NCBI GenBank assembly: GCA_950097015.1
Contig: CATNEN010000002.1
Location: 2,790,001-2,854,000, forward strand
DNA length: 64,000 nt
Source of the DNA: Macrostomum hystrix
Lineage: Eukaryota > Animalia > Platyhelminthes
Reading direction: 5' to 3'
Positions within the stretch are counted from its first letter, which is position 1; every line of letters begins with the position of its first letter. The translations under genes and the position numbers were made by a program. Below are positions 34,570 to 48,500 of this stretch, one piece after another. Under the pieces are notes generated by a model. It searched no databases. It was not told the DNA's origin and saw only the letters and a program-made list of their open reading frames with translations.

Positions 34570-35346
34570 ATATCTCCCGTGTCTCATCTCTGCCGTGTCT
34601 CATCTCTCCCGTGTCTCATCTCTGCCGTGTCTCATCTCTCCCGTGTCTCATCTCTGCCGTGTCTCATCTCTCCCGTGTCTCATCTCTCCCGTGTCTCATC
34701 TCTCCCGTGTCTCATGTCTCCCGTGTCTCATATCTCCCGTGTCTCATCTCTCCCGTGTCTCATCTCTCCCGTGTCTCATCTCTCCCGTGTCTCATCTCTC
34801 CCGTGTCTAACCTCTCCCGTGTCTCATCTCTCCCGTGTCTCATCTCTCCCGTGTCTCATCTCTCCCGTGTCTCATATCTCCCGTGTCTCATGTCTGCCGT
34901 GTCTCATCTCTCCCGTGTCTCATGTCTGCCATGTCTCATCTCTCCCGTGTCTCATCTCTCCCGTGTCTCATCTCTCCCGTGTCTCATGTCTCCCGTGTCT
35001 CATATCTCCCGTGTCTCATCTCTCCCGTGTCTCATCTCTCCCGTGTCTCATCTCTCCCGTGTCTCATCTCTCCCGTGTCTAACCTCTCCCGTGTCTCATC
35101 TCTCCCGTGTCTCATCTCTCCCGTGTCTCATCTCTCCCGTGTCTCATCTCTCCCGTGTCTCATATCTCCCGTGTCTCATCTCTCCCGTGTCTCATCTCTC
35201 CCGTGTCTCATCTCTCCCGTGTCTCATCTCTCCCGTGTCTCATATCTCCCGTGTCTCATCTCTCCCGTGTCTAACCTCTCCCGTGTCTCATCTCTCCCGT
35301 GTCTAACCTCTCCCGTGTCTCATCTCTCCCGTGTCTCATCTCTCCC
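34570..35346. repeat. Minisatellite, 16 bp (tctcccgtgtctcatc); reverse complement of the 6782-8016 family
   Basis: Tandem units. Confidence 0.95.
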
Positions 35347-36169
35347 ATTGAAGGTGGATAGATACCTTCAAAGTTCACCTAGAATCCCGTGTTGCGTCCA
35401 AGAGCACTGAGGTCACACACTAATCTCCCAAAGCCAGGCAGTTCAAGAAAATTTTCCCACGGCCCAAACGAATCTTTTAACCCCTTCCCCTGTGTCAACC
35501 AGCTTTCACCAAGGAAGATAACTGACTATAAATAGCTGTGGCAGGAGAATTGGCAACCTTTTTCAGTTTGAACTGGAAGCACTAATCGCCAGAGCTGCAG
35601 GACATGTTTGCTTGGACTATGTTGTGCAGAGGGTGCTATGGCAGTAACTAGGGGGATATGATCCCCATCTGAACTTGTGCTTCGCTCGCCTTTCAGTTTG
35701 TGTCTCCGTTTTATTTTCCATCGCTTTCTCTTAGTTTTCAGCTCTTCGTTTACAAGCGCCTGTCGTTAACTCCATTCGGCGAAGGGGAGAGAGAAGAATC
35801 ATGGGGATCTGGGTATCTGGGGAGTAGGGCAGTCTGCAGTGCCCATCTGTCACCGACTTTCTGTTCCGCCTTGAACACACCAGCGCGTGGCTCTGCTCTC
35901 CTATCACCAGAAATTCTGGCACACGTCTGCACTTTCTCGGGTTCTTGTTGGATTCGAAAAGCTGCTAAAAGGATTTAGAAGGAATGGAGCGTTTCCGTGG
36001 GAACAAAACATGACTGAATCTGAAACAGTGCGAAACACGAGGGAAAACTATAATAATAAAAGCGGAGATATAATCATGGGGAGAAACTATCATAATAGAG
36101 CTGGAACAAGTACTCTGATGAGGGAGGTAAGAGTGGATGTCAGTGGTGAGAATAGATGAGAGTAGATGT

Positions 36170-36775
36170 TGCTGGAGAGATAAGGGAGGAGAGATAGCAG
36201 ATGAGGGAGATGTGATGAGTAGATGTGGGAGGTGTGAGTAGATGTGGGAGGTGTGAGTAGATGAGGGAGGTGTGAGTAGATGTGGGAGGTGTGAGTAGAT
36301 GAGGGAGGTGTGAGTAGATGTGGGTGGCGTGAGTAGATGAGGGAGGAGAAAGAGTAGATTAGGGAGGTGTGAGTAGATGTGGGAGGTGTCAGTAGATGAG
36401 GGAGGTGTGAGTAGATGTGGGTGGCGTGAGTAGATGAGTCAGGAGAAAGAGTAGATTAGGGAGGTGTGAGTAGATGTGGGAGGTGTGAGTAGATGAGGGA
36501 GGTGTGAGTAGATGAGGGAGGTGTGAGTAGATGTGGGAGGTGTGAGTAGATGAGGGAGGTGTGAGTAGATGAGGGAGGTGTGAGTAGATGTGGGAGGTGT
36601 GAGTAGATGAGGGAGGTGTGAGTAGATGAGGGAGGTGTGAGTAGATGAGGGAGATGTGATGAGTAGATGTGGGAGGTGTGAGTAGATGAGGGAGGTGTGA
36701 GTAGATGTGGGAGGTGTGAGTAGATGAGGGAGGTCTGAGTAGATGAGGGAGGTGTGAGTAGATGTGGGAATAGTG
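36170..36775. repeat. Minisatellite, ~19 bp (gtgagtagatgagggaggt)
   Basis: Tandem units. Confidence 0.92.
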
Positions 36776-37059
36776 ATTAGATGTGGAGATTATGATTATT
36801 TTATTAGACGCAGGGTTCTGTGCTTGAATTCTCCTATCATTAAATTATAACTAGTTGCACTTATTGTGCTCTTTACAGTATAATTCTTTTTTTCTTACGT
36901 GATAAAAACAATTCGACACTACCTTCTAAGCTTCCGACTGTTACTACTAATCAGTATATATTTAGCATATTACGTAGAAAGCACGCAAGAGTTTCAGTTG
37001 CTAAAATTTCTGTTGAGAATAGAATATTGTGTTTGGTTGTAGATAAAAAGAGGTAGAGT

Positions 37060-37640
37060 GATAATTGAGAGGGATAGGGTGATAATGGGAGAAGTAGAGT
37101 GATAAATGAGAGAAGTATATTGACAAAGGAGAGAGGTAGAGTGATAGAGGAGAGAGGTAGAGTGATAGAGGAGAGAGGTAGAGTGATAGAGGAGAGAAGT
37201 ATAGTGATAGAAGAAAGAGGTAGAGTGATAGAGGAGAGAAGTATAGTGATAGAAGAAAGAGGTAGAGTGACAAAGGAGAGAGGTAGAGTGATAGAGGAGT
37301 GAGGTATAGTGATAGAGGAGAGAGTTAGAGTGATAGAGGAGAGAGGTAGAGTGATAGAGGAGAGAGGTAGAGTGATAGAGGAGAGAAGTAGAGTGATAGA
37401 GGAGAGAGGTAGAGTGATAGAGGAGAGAGGTAGAGTGATAGAGGAGATAGGTATAGTGGTAGAGGAGAGAAGTAGAGTGATAGAGGAGAGAGGTAGAGTG
37501 ATAGAGGAGATAGGTATAGTGGTAGAGGAGAGAAGTAGAGTGATAGAGGAGAGAGGTAGAGTGATAGAGGAGATAGGTATAGTGGTAGAGGAGAGAAGTA
37601 GAGTGATAGAGGAGAGAGGTAGAGTGATAGAGGAGAGAAA
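37060..37640. repeat. Minisatellite, 21 bp (gagtgatagaggagagaggta)
   Basis: Tandem purine-rich units. Confidence 0.92.
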
Positions 37641-38367
37641 TACAATGAACAAATAAAATAAGTTGTAGAGCAAGTTCTACTAAAGGCAAAATAGTGGCAC
37701 AATGGCTCCCTGCATTTAGATTTTCTAAAACTGTCTTTTGCCTCCGCCCATATAAAATCTAAACTAGATCTTTCTAATAGATCTTTCTAATTGTGAAAGC
37801 CCTGCTTAATAGCAGCAGACAAGCATTAGTCACTGACAAATGCAACCATTAATTTTTAGTCTGAACAGTCAGGGGCATTGCATGGTGGCAATAATAATTA
37901 ACATTTCAGGCAGGCCTGATAGTTGGAGTGTGTAGTTTTTTCATTCTTGCTTTATCAGTCATGCCGTCTCTGTTGAATGGGCTGCTAAAGCTAGTCAGTA
38001 GCAGCAGCAGCAGCAGCAGCAGCGGGTAAAATCGTTTATGATTAATAAATAAATGTAGGGGCTAGTTCATAGTAATCTCCAGTAAGCTAGGCAGGCACTG
38101 ATATGGGGTAATAAAACTGTCCCTCTATCCTATCTACCATTTACCATGTATAATCATTAATAAGAATGTACTGCTATTCTATCTGCCAAATATATTACTC
38201 CTGGCAGGGTCTTTTGATAAGATGTGTGTGCATTCTAAGTGCAGTGAATTGCTGTTTCGTCATTATCTTGTGTCACTATAGCTGCAGCTACGGAGCTTGG
38301 GTCTGTGTACTCTGTACAGTGTACACTGTACTGAGGCATTGCGACTGGCGCTTATAAAACGTTAAAT

Positions 38368-40862
38368 AGTATCTGTTGGGATTGAGTATCTGTTGGGATT
38401 GAGTATCTGTTGGGATTGAGTATCTGTTGGGATTGAGTATCTGTTGGGATTGAGTATCTGTTGGGATTGAGTATCTGTTGGGATTGAGTATCTGTTGGGA
38501 TTGAGTATCTGTTGGGATTGAGTATCTGTTGGGATTGAGTTTCTGTTGGGATTGAGTATCTGTTGGGATTGAGTATCTGTTGGGATTGAGTATCTGTTAT
38601 GATTGAGTATCTGTTGGGATTGAGTATCTGTTGGGATTGAGTATCTGTTGGGATTGAGTATCTGTTGGGATTGAGTATCTGTTGGGATTGAGTATCTGTT
38701 GGGATTGAGTATCTGTTATGATTGAGTATCTGTTGGGATTGAGTATCTGTTGGGATTGAGTATCTGTTGGGATTGAGTATCTGTTGGGATTGAGTATCTG
38801 TTGGGATTGAGTTTCTGTTGGGATTGAGTATCTGTTATGATTGAGTATCTGTTGGGATTGAGTATCTGTTGGGATTGAGTTTCTGTTGGGATTGAGTATC
38901 TGTTGGGAATTGAGTATCTGTTGGGATTGAGTATCTGTTGGGATTGAGTATCTGTTGGGATTGAGTATCTGTTGGGATTGAGTATCTGTTGGGATTGAGT
39001 TTCTGTTGGGATTGAGTATCTGTTGGGATTGAGTATCTGTTGGGATTGAGTATCTGTTGGGATTGAGTATCTGTTGGGATTGAGTATCTTTTGGGATTGA
39101 GTATCTGTTGGGATTGAGTATCTGTTGGGATTGAGTATCTGTTGGGATTGAGTATCTGTTGGGATTGAGTATCTGTTGGGATTGAGTATCTGTTGGGATT
39201 GAGTATCTTTTGGGATTGAGTATCTGTTGGGATTGAGTATCTGTTGGGAATTGAGTATCTGTTGGGATTGAGTATCTGTTGGGATTGAGTATCTATTGGG
39301 ATTGAGTATCTGTTATGATTGAGTATCTGTTGGGATTGAGTATCTGTTGGGATTGAGTATCTGTTGGGATTGAGTATCTGTTGGGATTGAGTATCTGTTG
39401 GGATTGAGTATCTGTTGGGATTGAGTATCTGTTGGGATTGAGTATCTGTTGGGATTGAGTTTCTGTTGGGATTGAGTATCTGTTGGGATTGAGTATCTGT
39501 TGGGATTGAGTATCTGTTGGGATTGAGTATCTGTTATGATTGAGTATCTGTTGGGATTGAGTATCTGTTGGGATTGAGTATCTGTTGGGATTGAGTATCT
39601 GTTTGGAATTGAGTATCTGTTGGGATTGAGTATCTGTTAGGATTGAGTATCTGTTTGGAATTGAGTATCTGTTTGGAATTGAGTATCTGTTGGGATTGAG
39701 TATCTGTTGGGATTGAGTATCTGTTTGGAATTGAGTATCTGTTGGGATTGAGTATCTGTTGGGAATTGAGTATCTGTTGGGATTGAGTATCTGTTGGGAT
39801 TGAGTATCTGTTTGGAATTGAGTATCTGTTGGGATTGAGTATCTGTTGGGATTGAGTATCTGTTTGGAATTGAGTATCTGTTTGGAATTGAGTATCTGTT
39901 GGGATTGAGTATCTGTTGGGATTGAGTATCTGTTGGGATTGAGTATCTGTTATGATTGAGTATCTGTTGGGATTGAGTTTCTGTTGGGATTGAGTATCTG
40001 TTGGGATTGAGTATCTGTTGGGATTGAGTATCTGTTGGGATTGAGTATCTGTTGGGATTGAGTATCTGTTATGATTGAGTATCTGTTGGGAATTGAGTAT
40101 CTGTTGGGATTGAGTATCTGTTGGGATTGAGTATCTGTTGGGATTGAGTATCTGTTATGATTGAGTATCTGTTGGGATTGAGTTTCTGTTGGGATTGAGT
40201 ATCTGTTGGGATTGAGTATCTGTTGGGATTGAGTATCTGTTGGGATTGAGTATCTGTTATGATTGAGTATCTGTTATGATTGAGTATCTGTTGGGATTGA
40301 GTATCTGTTGGGATTGAGTATCTGTTGGGATTGAGTATCTGTTGGGATTGAGTATCTGTTGGGATTGAGTTTCTGTTGGGATTGAGTATCTGTTGGGAAT
40401 TGAGTATCTGTTGGGATTGAGTATCTGTTGGGATTGAGTATCTGTTGGGATTGAGTATCTGTTGGGATTGAGTATCTGTTGGGATTGAGTTTCTGTTGGG
40501 ATTGAGTATCTGTTGGGATTGAGTTTCTGTTGGGATTGAGTATCTGTTGGGATTGAGTATCTGTTGGGATTGAGTATCTGTTATGATTGAGTATCTGTTG
40601 GGATTGAGTATCTGTTGGGATTGAGTATCTGTTGGGATTGAGTATCTGTTGGGATTGAGTATCTGTTGGGATTGAGTATCTGTTGGGATTGAGTATCTTT
40701 TGGGATTGAGTATCTGTTGGGATTGAGTATCTGTTGGGATTGAGTATCTGTTGGGATTGAGTATCTGTTGGGATTGAGTTTCTGTTGGGATTGAGTATCT
40801 GTTGGGATTGAGTATCTGTTGGGAATTGGGATTGAGTATCTGTTGGGATTGAGTATTTGTTG
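38368..40862. repeat. 2.5-kb minisatellite, 17 bp (gagtatctgttgggatt)
   Basis: About 145 tandem units; reverse complement of the 9965-10375 array. Confidence 0.97.
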
Positions 40863-42506
40863 ATATTGTTCACATCCCATTAAAATCGTGAGCTCCCAAG
40901 GTCTTGCTGTTTGACAAGGGTGATGCATTTGTCTAAAGTGCATAAGTAACTCTGCAATGTCTCGATGAGTCACTTCACTTGTGTGCTCAAATCGTATTTC
41001 ATTCTTAAGGAGTTTGGCTGTACCAAGAATTCCAGCACTACTTTGTTGTCTTTGTGGAAAAAAATTTTTCAAGTTGCGGATTTATTTCTTTTAGCTCAAC
41101 TGTGGAGGCTTGCGAGCTACTGCTGGATGTCACTGCCCCCTGTCAGCCCCATCTGTTTACACATATTCCCACATTCCCGGAAGAATTCCATGGGCGCCAG
41201 ACTAACTCCCCATTTGTTTGGCTTTAGGCTTGCATGGCGGGGGCCTCGGCTCGCATGACTGGGCCTTGACACAACTGCGGTTGAGTTGAGAGCCAATTTT
41301 GTAGAACAATTGCTGTGTGAGCCAACTTTTAACTTGAAGCCCAGAACATGCTGTTCAGTTTGCGAAACAAAAGCTGCTAAAATCTGGATTATACCTACCA
41401 AATCCCACTCTGTGACTGGATTGACTTTAATATTGCTAGTCTGGTTTTTACACGAAAAAATCCGTTGTTCTTTACGATTCATAACATGCAGTCGAGTCCA
41501 ACACACAATGTCCCGCACATGACATGCTAGTTCTGATAACGCCATTAATAAGCTAATTACAGGTTTTAGTGTACAGGTACAGGTTTTAGCGTGCCACGCG
41601 CTGTCTGACTCGTGGGTATGCTTTTTGGCATAACAAAGCTCTTTATATTAGTTTTATCACTGAACCACGATATACTACTTTTAGTAGGCAAAATTTAAAT
41701 AATGAGCACATGTGGTAAGATAAATAGGAGAAAAATGCTGTAAATAATTTTAATTTTAGACTACCTAAACAAAACCGATAAATTTAATTTGCTACTACGT
41801 GTGGAGATGAGGTGTCTCTACGACTTATATTGGTTTTAAAATTAAAAGTGTGTATTGATTTTTAATAAATTAAGAAAGCGGCAAGAAACTATGCACGGAT
41901 TATATGCATGGATTTTTCGCCTGTCTGCTGTCGGCGCCTTCTCCAGACAGAGCGGTGGCGGCGGGCCTCCCACCCCGACATAGCCAACCCCGCAGTGTCC
42001 TTCACGGCCCCCTCCCCAAGCCATCGATCTGAGTCTGCGCCAGCACTGGCTGGCCCCGATTCACCCACCCCCTCCCATTTCAACCATTTCGGACAGACCA
42101 AGGACACCCCAAAATAGCCAGCCCCACTCCGCCATCCACCCCAGCCCTAGTCTAGGCGAGTGCACGCTTATATTACAAGAGCGTATTGTGAAACGGACTG
42201 AAGTCAGGAGAGAAGTCTAAGAAGAAAAAGGTAAAGAGAGGAGACAGACTAGACGCCTGCATAAAAGGCTAAGCGGCCTGCTGTCATAGCAAAGCCTCTC
42301 AGTGCTGATACCACTTCCCCAATTGCCCATTGTGGGCTAGTTTGCCCCTTCAATTGCATTTTGATTGCGCCCTTAACAATATTCTCCTGGACACGTTCCA
42401 ATCGAATCTACAGTTAATTTTTGCACCCGAAGCCAGTTAAGTGCTAGCTATCTGCTCTCAAATTTGCGCCGCAAGGTCAAGAACACTAAGCAAAAGCAAA
42501 AGTAAA

Positions 42507-45500
42507 ATGAATTCGTCGGTGCCGGGCAGCTTCAACCTGATTGCGCAAGCGGCCTCGCTGTCCATGCTGCAGACCATGCAAGGTTACGCAGCCGCTGCCG
42601 CAGCAGGCTCACTAAGGCCGGCAGGTATGCCCAACTATTATCTTCACAGTGGCGCAATGCCGCAGCTTCGCTTGCCACCACAGCCGGTGGCACCACCAAC
42701 TGGCAGTATACTGAACGCCAGGCTGCTAGGCGCGTCGCAGGCAGCTCCGGCTCCTACGCAGCTCTCATCAGTCATCGATAATCGACCGCCGGCCGCGCAC
42801 TCTTCGATGCCACCGCCGGCCATGGTGCCGCTGCCTGGTGGCGGCAGGCAGTCCGACAGCCACCACCATCACCAGCCACACAGTCAGCAGCACCATCGTC
42901 AGGCACCCGTCAGTGTCAAGCAGACAGCCGGAGAGCTGGTTGAGACCACGCTAGAGGGCAAATCGATTCTGGCCTTCGATGTCGGCGGCGAGAAGCGACT
43001 GTGCCTGCCGCAGGTGCTCAACAAGGTGCTGCTGTGCGCCGGCGCCACCCTGGCCGACATAAACCGCGTCTGCGAAGATCTAAACATCTTCTGCGACCGC
43101 TGCAACAGCCAGCAGATGAGTGTGCTCATGGAGAGCAAGGTGTTCGGCCCGGTGCTTGAGAACTGCGGCCTTATCACCAAGTCCAATGCTGAACGATTGT
43201 GCAAAGCTCTGCTCAACGGAGAGCTGCCCAAATTTCAGGGCAATCTGGCCGACGAAGACGGCATCGGCGTGTACCACACCTGCTTTGGCAAGCAGCGCGG
43301 CTTCCTCATACCGCGCCTGTACACTAGCCCGGATGCGCCCTGCATCCTGTGCAACGGGCCCAACGGTTGCCAGGCCCTGCTCACTACCACGCAATTCGTT
43401 GGCCACGCCCACGCCAGGCAGGAGCGCGAGACCTGCCACTGGGGCTTCGACTCCACCAAATGGCGCCTCTATCTGCAGCTGGACAAGCGCCTGACCGACT
43501 CCGCTGCTGATGGCGTCTTGGATGAAAGCGAGCGCGCCTGCCTAGAGAAAGTCCTGGACGGCGTCAAGGCAAAGTTCGACAGGAAGCGGCCTCAGGTTAG
43601 ATTCGAACTCCCGACCTCTAGAGTCTTTGTCAAAATCTGTAACCACTAGGCTACTAAAAGATCTGATCATTGGTTTTAACTTCAATCAGCTCAAAATATC
43701 CTCCCATCTCCTCGATCCGCAGTCGGCATTGGCGGTACCTGGCTCTGCCATCAACCCAGCTGATGCTGTCATCAATCACAAGCGATCCAGGCTCGACTCA
43801 AGCTGCTCAAACTCTGCAGCAAACACTGCCAATAGAGCTGATCCAGCAGCGGCTGTTGCGCTGCCCAAATTTCTGGTGCCCCTGCCACCTGCACTTTCCA
43901 ACGGGTGAGTCATTGTTTAGCATTTGTGTTTTCTATTGTTTGAATATGAGTAACAATTGTTTCTAAGAGAGAATCCCAATACAATTCTCATATTCTTAAA
44001 TTATTGTTCTTTTTATTAATCAGTTTACTGCGTCAATAAATTCCATTGTTAGAAAGAAGACTAGAATAAAAGTGTATAGAAGAAGGCAAAATGCGAGCGT
44101 TAGAGCATACAGCACAGCTATCTACGGCCCGTTGTAACTCTTGTTTTGTTCTAAAGCGCTAAAATTACCTGTTAAAAAATTGCAGTGGAGCGAAAATCTC
44201 TGCTCCTGTGCTGCTCAGCAATTCAAGCAGCAGCAGTCAAAAGAAGCTGCAGGCTGCTGCTGCTGCTGTTGTTGCTGCATCAGCAGCTGGAGGCGCCGAT
44301 CAGCAGCTATCGCAGGCCCAACGCCAGACTCACAAAGACTACACACCAAATGTGCGCTTGGCGCCAACTGCCGCAGTTAATCGTAGCGCAATATGCGCTA
44401 CAACATCAGCAGCTTCAGCGGCAGCCGTTAGCGCCGCAGTTACCGCAGCAGCTGAACAAATGGAACTTGATGCGGCCGCCATTGAAGGTGAGAATGATTT
44501 CTACGAGTAAGATTATGCAAAATTGAAATCAACAAAACGCCAATTTTACCTGTACAGGTTATATGCAACTGGTATTAGGCTGACAGTCCCTTGTACATTC
44601 TGTAGCTGTATGATTTGGTGTAAATTTGTCAGGCTGGCTGTTCGTTCAATGTACATTTAGCAGGTTGACTATTCAATGTGCATTCAATAGGCTGGCTGTT
44701 CAATGTACATTCAGTAGGCTGGCTGTTCAATGTACATTCAGTAGACTGGCTGTTCAATGTACATTCAGTAGACTGGCTGTTCAATGTACATTCAGTAGAC
44801 TGGCTGTTCAATGTACATTCAGTAGACTGGCTGTTCAATGTACATTTAACAGGTTGACTATTCAATGTGCATTCAATAGGCTGGCTGTTCAATGTACATT
44901 CAGTAGGCTGGCTGTTCAATGTACATTCAGTAGGCTGGCTGTTCAATGTACATTCAGTAGACTGGCTGTTCAATGTACATTCAGTGGGCTGGCTGTTCAA
45001 TGTACATTCAGTAGGCTGGCTGTTCAATGTACATTCAGTAAGCTGGCTTTTCAGTGTGCATTGTTTTTCTATCCCTCTGACCCACCACCCCACCCGACAC
45101 CGCACTCAGATATGATCGCGTCAGACTGGGAGTCGCTCACTGACTGGGGCGAAGGCCACCTGCCGGAGAAGGCCACGCCTCAGTTTCTAGCCATGGTTGA
45201 GAAAGTGAAGAGCGGCTACCGTGCTCAGATTGACAGCCTAGTGAGCCAGCTGAATCGCCTGCGCGGCCAGGCCTCCCGGCTGGCCCAGGCCGAGGCCGAG
45301 TCGGCCCGCATGCGTCGCCAGCTAGAGGAGCAGGGCTCTCCGGATGTGCGTAAGTTGCGCATGAAGTACACAGCGCAGAAGGAGGAGTTGCGCAATCTAG
45401 AGGAGGAGAGGGCTAGCCTGAAACTGGCTCTCAGAGTCGCCACAGCCGCAGCCGCCGGTGCGTCGAAAACAGCAGCCGATACGAAATCATCGACGGAGGA

Positions 45501-45564
45501 GGAGGCGGCGACGATGGAGGCGCCGCGGTCGCCGCCTTCGCTGGAGATGCAGGACTCCTGCTGA
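42507..45564 (+). CDS. SKI: Ski/SnoN proto-oncogene family transcriptional co-repressor (~664 aa, 4 exons)
   Basis: Exons 42507-43595, 43723-43904, 44219-44487 and 45110-45564 are phase-consistent. Features: Ski/Sno (DHD) domain LVETTLEGKSILAFDVGGEKRLCLPQVLN, SMAD4-binding SAND-like domain VYHTCFGK..C..C..FVGHAH..TCHWGFDSTKWRLYL, a PNVRLAP motif and a C-terminal coiled coil. Confidence 0.92.
44630..45055. repeat. Intronic minisatellite, 27 bp (ggctggctgttcaatgtacattcagta)
   Basis: Tandem units in Ski intron 3. Confidence 0.95.
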
Positions 45565-48500
45565 TGTCATATCCAACATGCAGTGCAGAGCTATTAGTAT
45601 AGACAGGATTACGAGCTATTATTGATAGCTATAGTTAGTTACAGTCAATGTTGTGCTGCTTTGAGGCTGTCGCTATCTAGCAGCTCTCTTTCTTAATTAT
45701 GATTCTGTCACTCTGTGTTGCGTTTACTGCTTCTGAACGCTTCTAAAGGAAAAAATGAAGGCTATTTCAAGCGACCTGTTTCAGAGAATTTCTAGATCCA
45801 ACACTGTGCAATATGCAAGCTTATTAAGGTAAAACTGTTTTAACTCATCTTCTGATTCTAATCCTACTCAATGATTAAACCAATGTGAATTATTATTCGC
45901 CTAATAATTCTTGTAAGATTTTCTCATTGTCCGCCGTGTCACCCCGACCGCTTCTCAATGGAGTCGCACTGTTAAATAGTTTTTTTTCACTTCATCGCCG
46001 GTGAGAATCCTCATTTATTCGAGAGAATAATAATTTATCTTGAATGCTGCGAGATTGGCAAACCTGTTGATCAGAACTAAGATTTCGATTGTCTTTGTAG
46101 AAGCAGCAGCTCTGGTTTGCTCTGTCTGTCTCAGAACTGTACAAATGATCGCTAAAGTTTTACACATTGTTTTCTGTCTATATCGAGTTAAGAATCGATT
46201 ATATTTTAGCTCTTATTGATAAAATCCCACCTGTACACTGTTACTGTTACTGCGCTTTGCTTTTTGGCAGTTGTGCAAATGTGCCACCCACCCCAACCTC
46301 CCCTCCACGAGATTCTTCCGTGGCCCCAGTTTCGGGACATTTCCGCATCCTAATGCCTGTTTTGCTGTTTTCCGTTGAAATTAGCCTTAGGGGGTTGGTT
46401 CCCAGGAGACCGTACTCTATTTTTGTTGGTAGCTTAGCCAGCTAATTTGGAAGCTTAGCTCTGATCGAGTTCTAACAGATTTATTGTTCTTCTATTTTTC
46501 CTTCCTATTTTTTCCTTGATAAATATTTGATGTTTGTAGATCAAGCGAGTTGTTGGAGTTTTTGTTCAGTCCATCTGGCCTACTAAATTGTTGAATTACA
46601 GTCAGCAATGCTAATAGTACACACCCGGAGGCAACAGCAGCAAGTTCTTTTGTGTCGCTCTGTTCATCATCAACTATAGTTTTCGTGGTCTTGTCAGAAT
46701 TCTGCTTCACTGGCCTAACCAATATTTTATTTTGCTGAGAAGCTTCTCACCTTCTGTTTGTTTACTTGCTTATTATTATTATTATTATTATGGTCTGCGG
46801 CTGAATTCGTTGTAAATAAAGAAGGACTCCGAGCAGTCGCGGCAATTCAAGCTGTCACTGTTGCTTCATCAAAAGCACAGGAAAATTTCTGATCCCCATT
46901 GACTTCTTTGTGTTAACAACAGGGATAAATCGGTCAAAACAAGCCCCGTTTCGCGTGTACTTTTAGTCGGATCCAAAACAATGATTGCGGCAATGCAAAA
47001 CCGCAATGGAAGCAAGGCTGTGGAACATAAATCAGGCAAGCATAAGTTACAGCGGAACACCACTAGAACAGATTTCGGCCAACCCTGGTAATGCCCAGCA
47101 GCTCAAGCCAGCCCCTTCCCATGAATGGGAAACTTCCCCAATGCCTGTCCGTGGGCAGAATTTCTCCCGGGAGAGAAGGCCGGGCAGCAGCAGAAACTAT
47201 CAGCATGAGAGGGGGAGCTGGTGCCACTGACTGTGTAGGGGAGAAAGGATGGGCGCGACAATAAAAATCTCCCCATTTTCTCCCTCACTGGCCTCCTTCC
47301 CAAAAGTCGAAGGGAAACTTTGGTGAGGTAGAATCGGGAAATGCGGCAGAGGTTGGCTAATAAAATTCGACTTGGTGCTTGCGTGTGCCGTCTGCAGGAA
47401 GTGGGCTTCATTTTTCCCCTACTCTGCTTTATCGCTATGCGATAAAAAGGGTAGCGCCTGTCCCGTCAGACAGGAAGTCGAACAGAAGTGGCGGCGGGAG
47501 AACTCCCCTCTGTCGGATCTGCTTCTCTCTCTCCTACGACGGCCTTTATAAACTAACTACCGCTTGCCGCTGCTTGTGGAAGCAAGTTTTTTAGGAGGCC
47601 ATTCTGACAGGCTTGATTTATCAGCTCGGCGGTTGATCCCCCCACTAGAAATCTGAAAATGCCATCCGCGCGCGTGGAGTGTGTCTGACCGCTCTGCGAT
47701 CCTTGTGTTTAGCTTCCACGTCCATCTTTTAATAGACCGGACTCATGCTCGAAACTGGTTCCAATGCTCCTACAACTATGCAAACACTTTAGTGTTGATA
47801 ATTATTGTTCAGTCTATTTTTAGAGGGAATATATTCATAGCAGTTTGCAGACATTTACTCGTAAAATGCCCAAGTGCAGCATTCTTGTGCGAGAAACTTT
47901 TTCTCTTCCTGGAAAGAAGTCAAAGTGAACCGCAAAATACTTCGCCTGCGGTTGGATGGGAAGGGCTTTGGACTGCCGAATAAATCCATAGTCTGAAACA
48001 TTTCTGCTGCGCATTAATCATAATAGTTCCCTTCGCTAGCGCACAGTGTCCTGCAGGATGCAGCACGCGGAAGGAGCCCAGTGAAGGCCTATTTATCTCC
48101 CAGAACAGTCAGTCTGCCATGCCATAGTCGGGCATAACAACTATGCCATGCTATCGCTATGCAGTCTACCATAAGCTTGCCGAGCCGATAAAGTTTATTG
48201 CACATTTGGACCCGTCATGTCCAATGCAGCTGGGGAGGATTCTACCCAATGGATTGGAGCAGAAGGGGATAAATGGGCCGCGGAGTTTGGGCAGCCGCAG
48301 CTTGTACAGTCAGGAGGAAGAATGGGTCTATGCAGCGGCAACTCCTGCCGTGATGGAGCACCTTGCGATTCAGCGCAGGTCGGCAACTGCTACGAGGCCT
48401 GTATGGCCGTGGCATTTTGTCTCCCTAAATGGCTGCACTGTCAAGAGAGATAAGGTAGAGACAGATAGAGAGGCCAGAGGGTGAGGCGCGACTCTGATGA

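Noticed and set aside
34444-40873. Repetitive ORFs at 34444-35410, 36951-37702 and 40274-40873
   Set aside because: Tandem-repeat artefacts, open in several frames at once.
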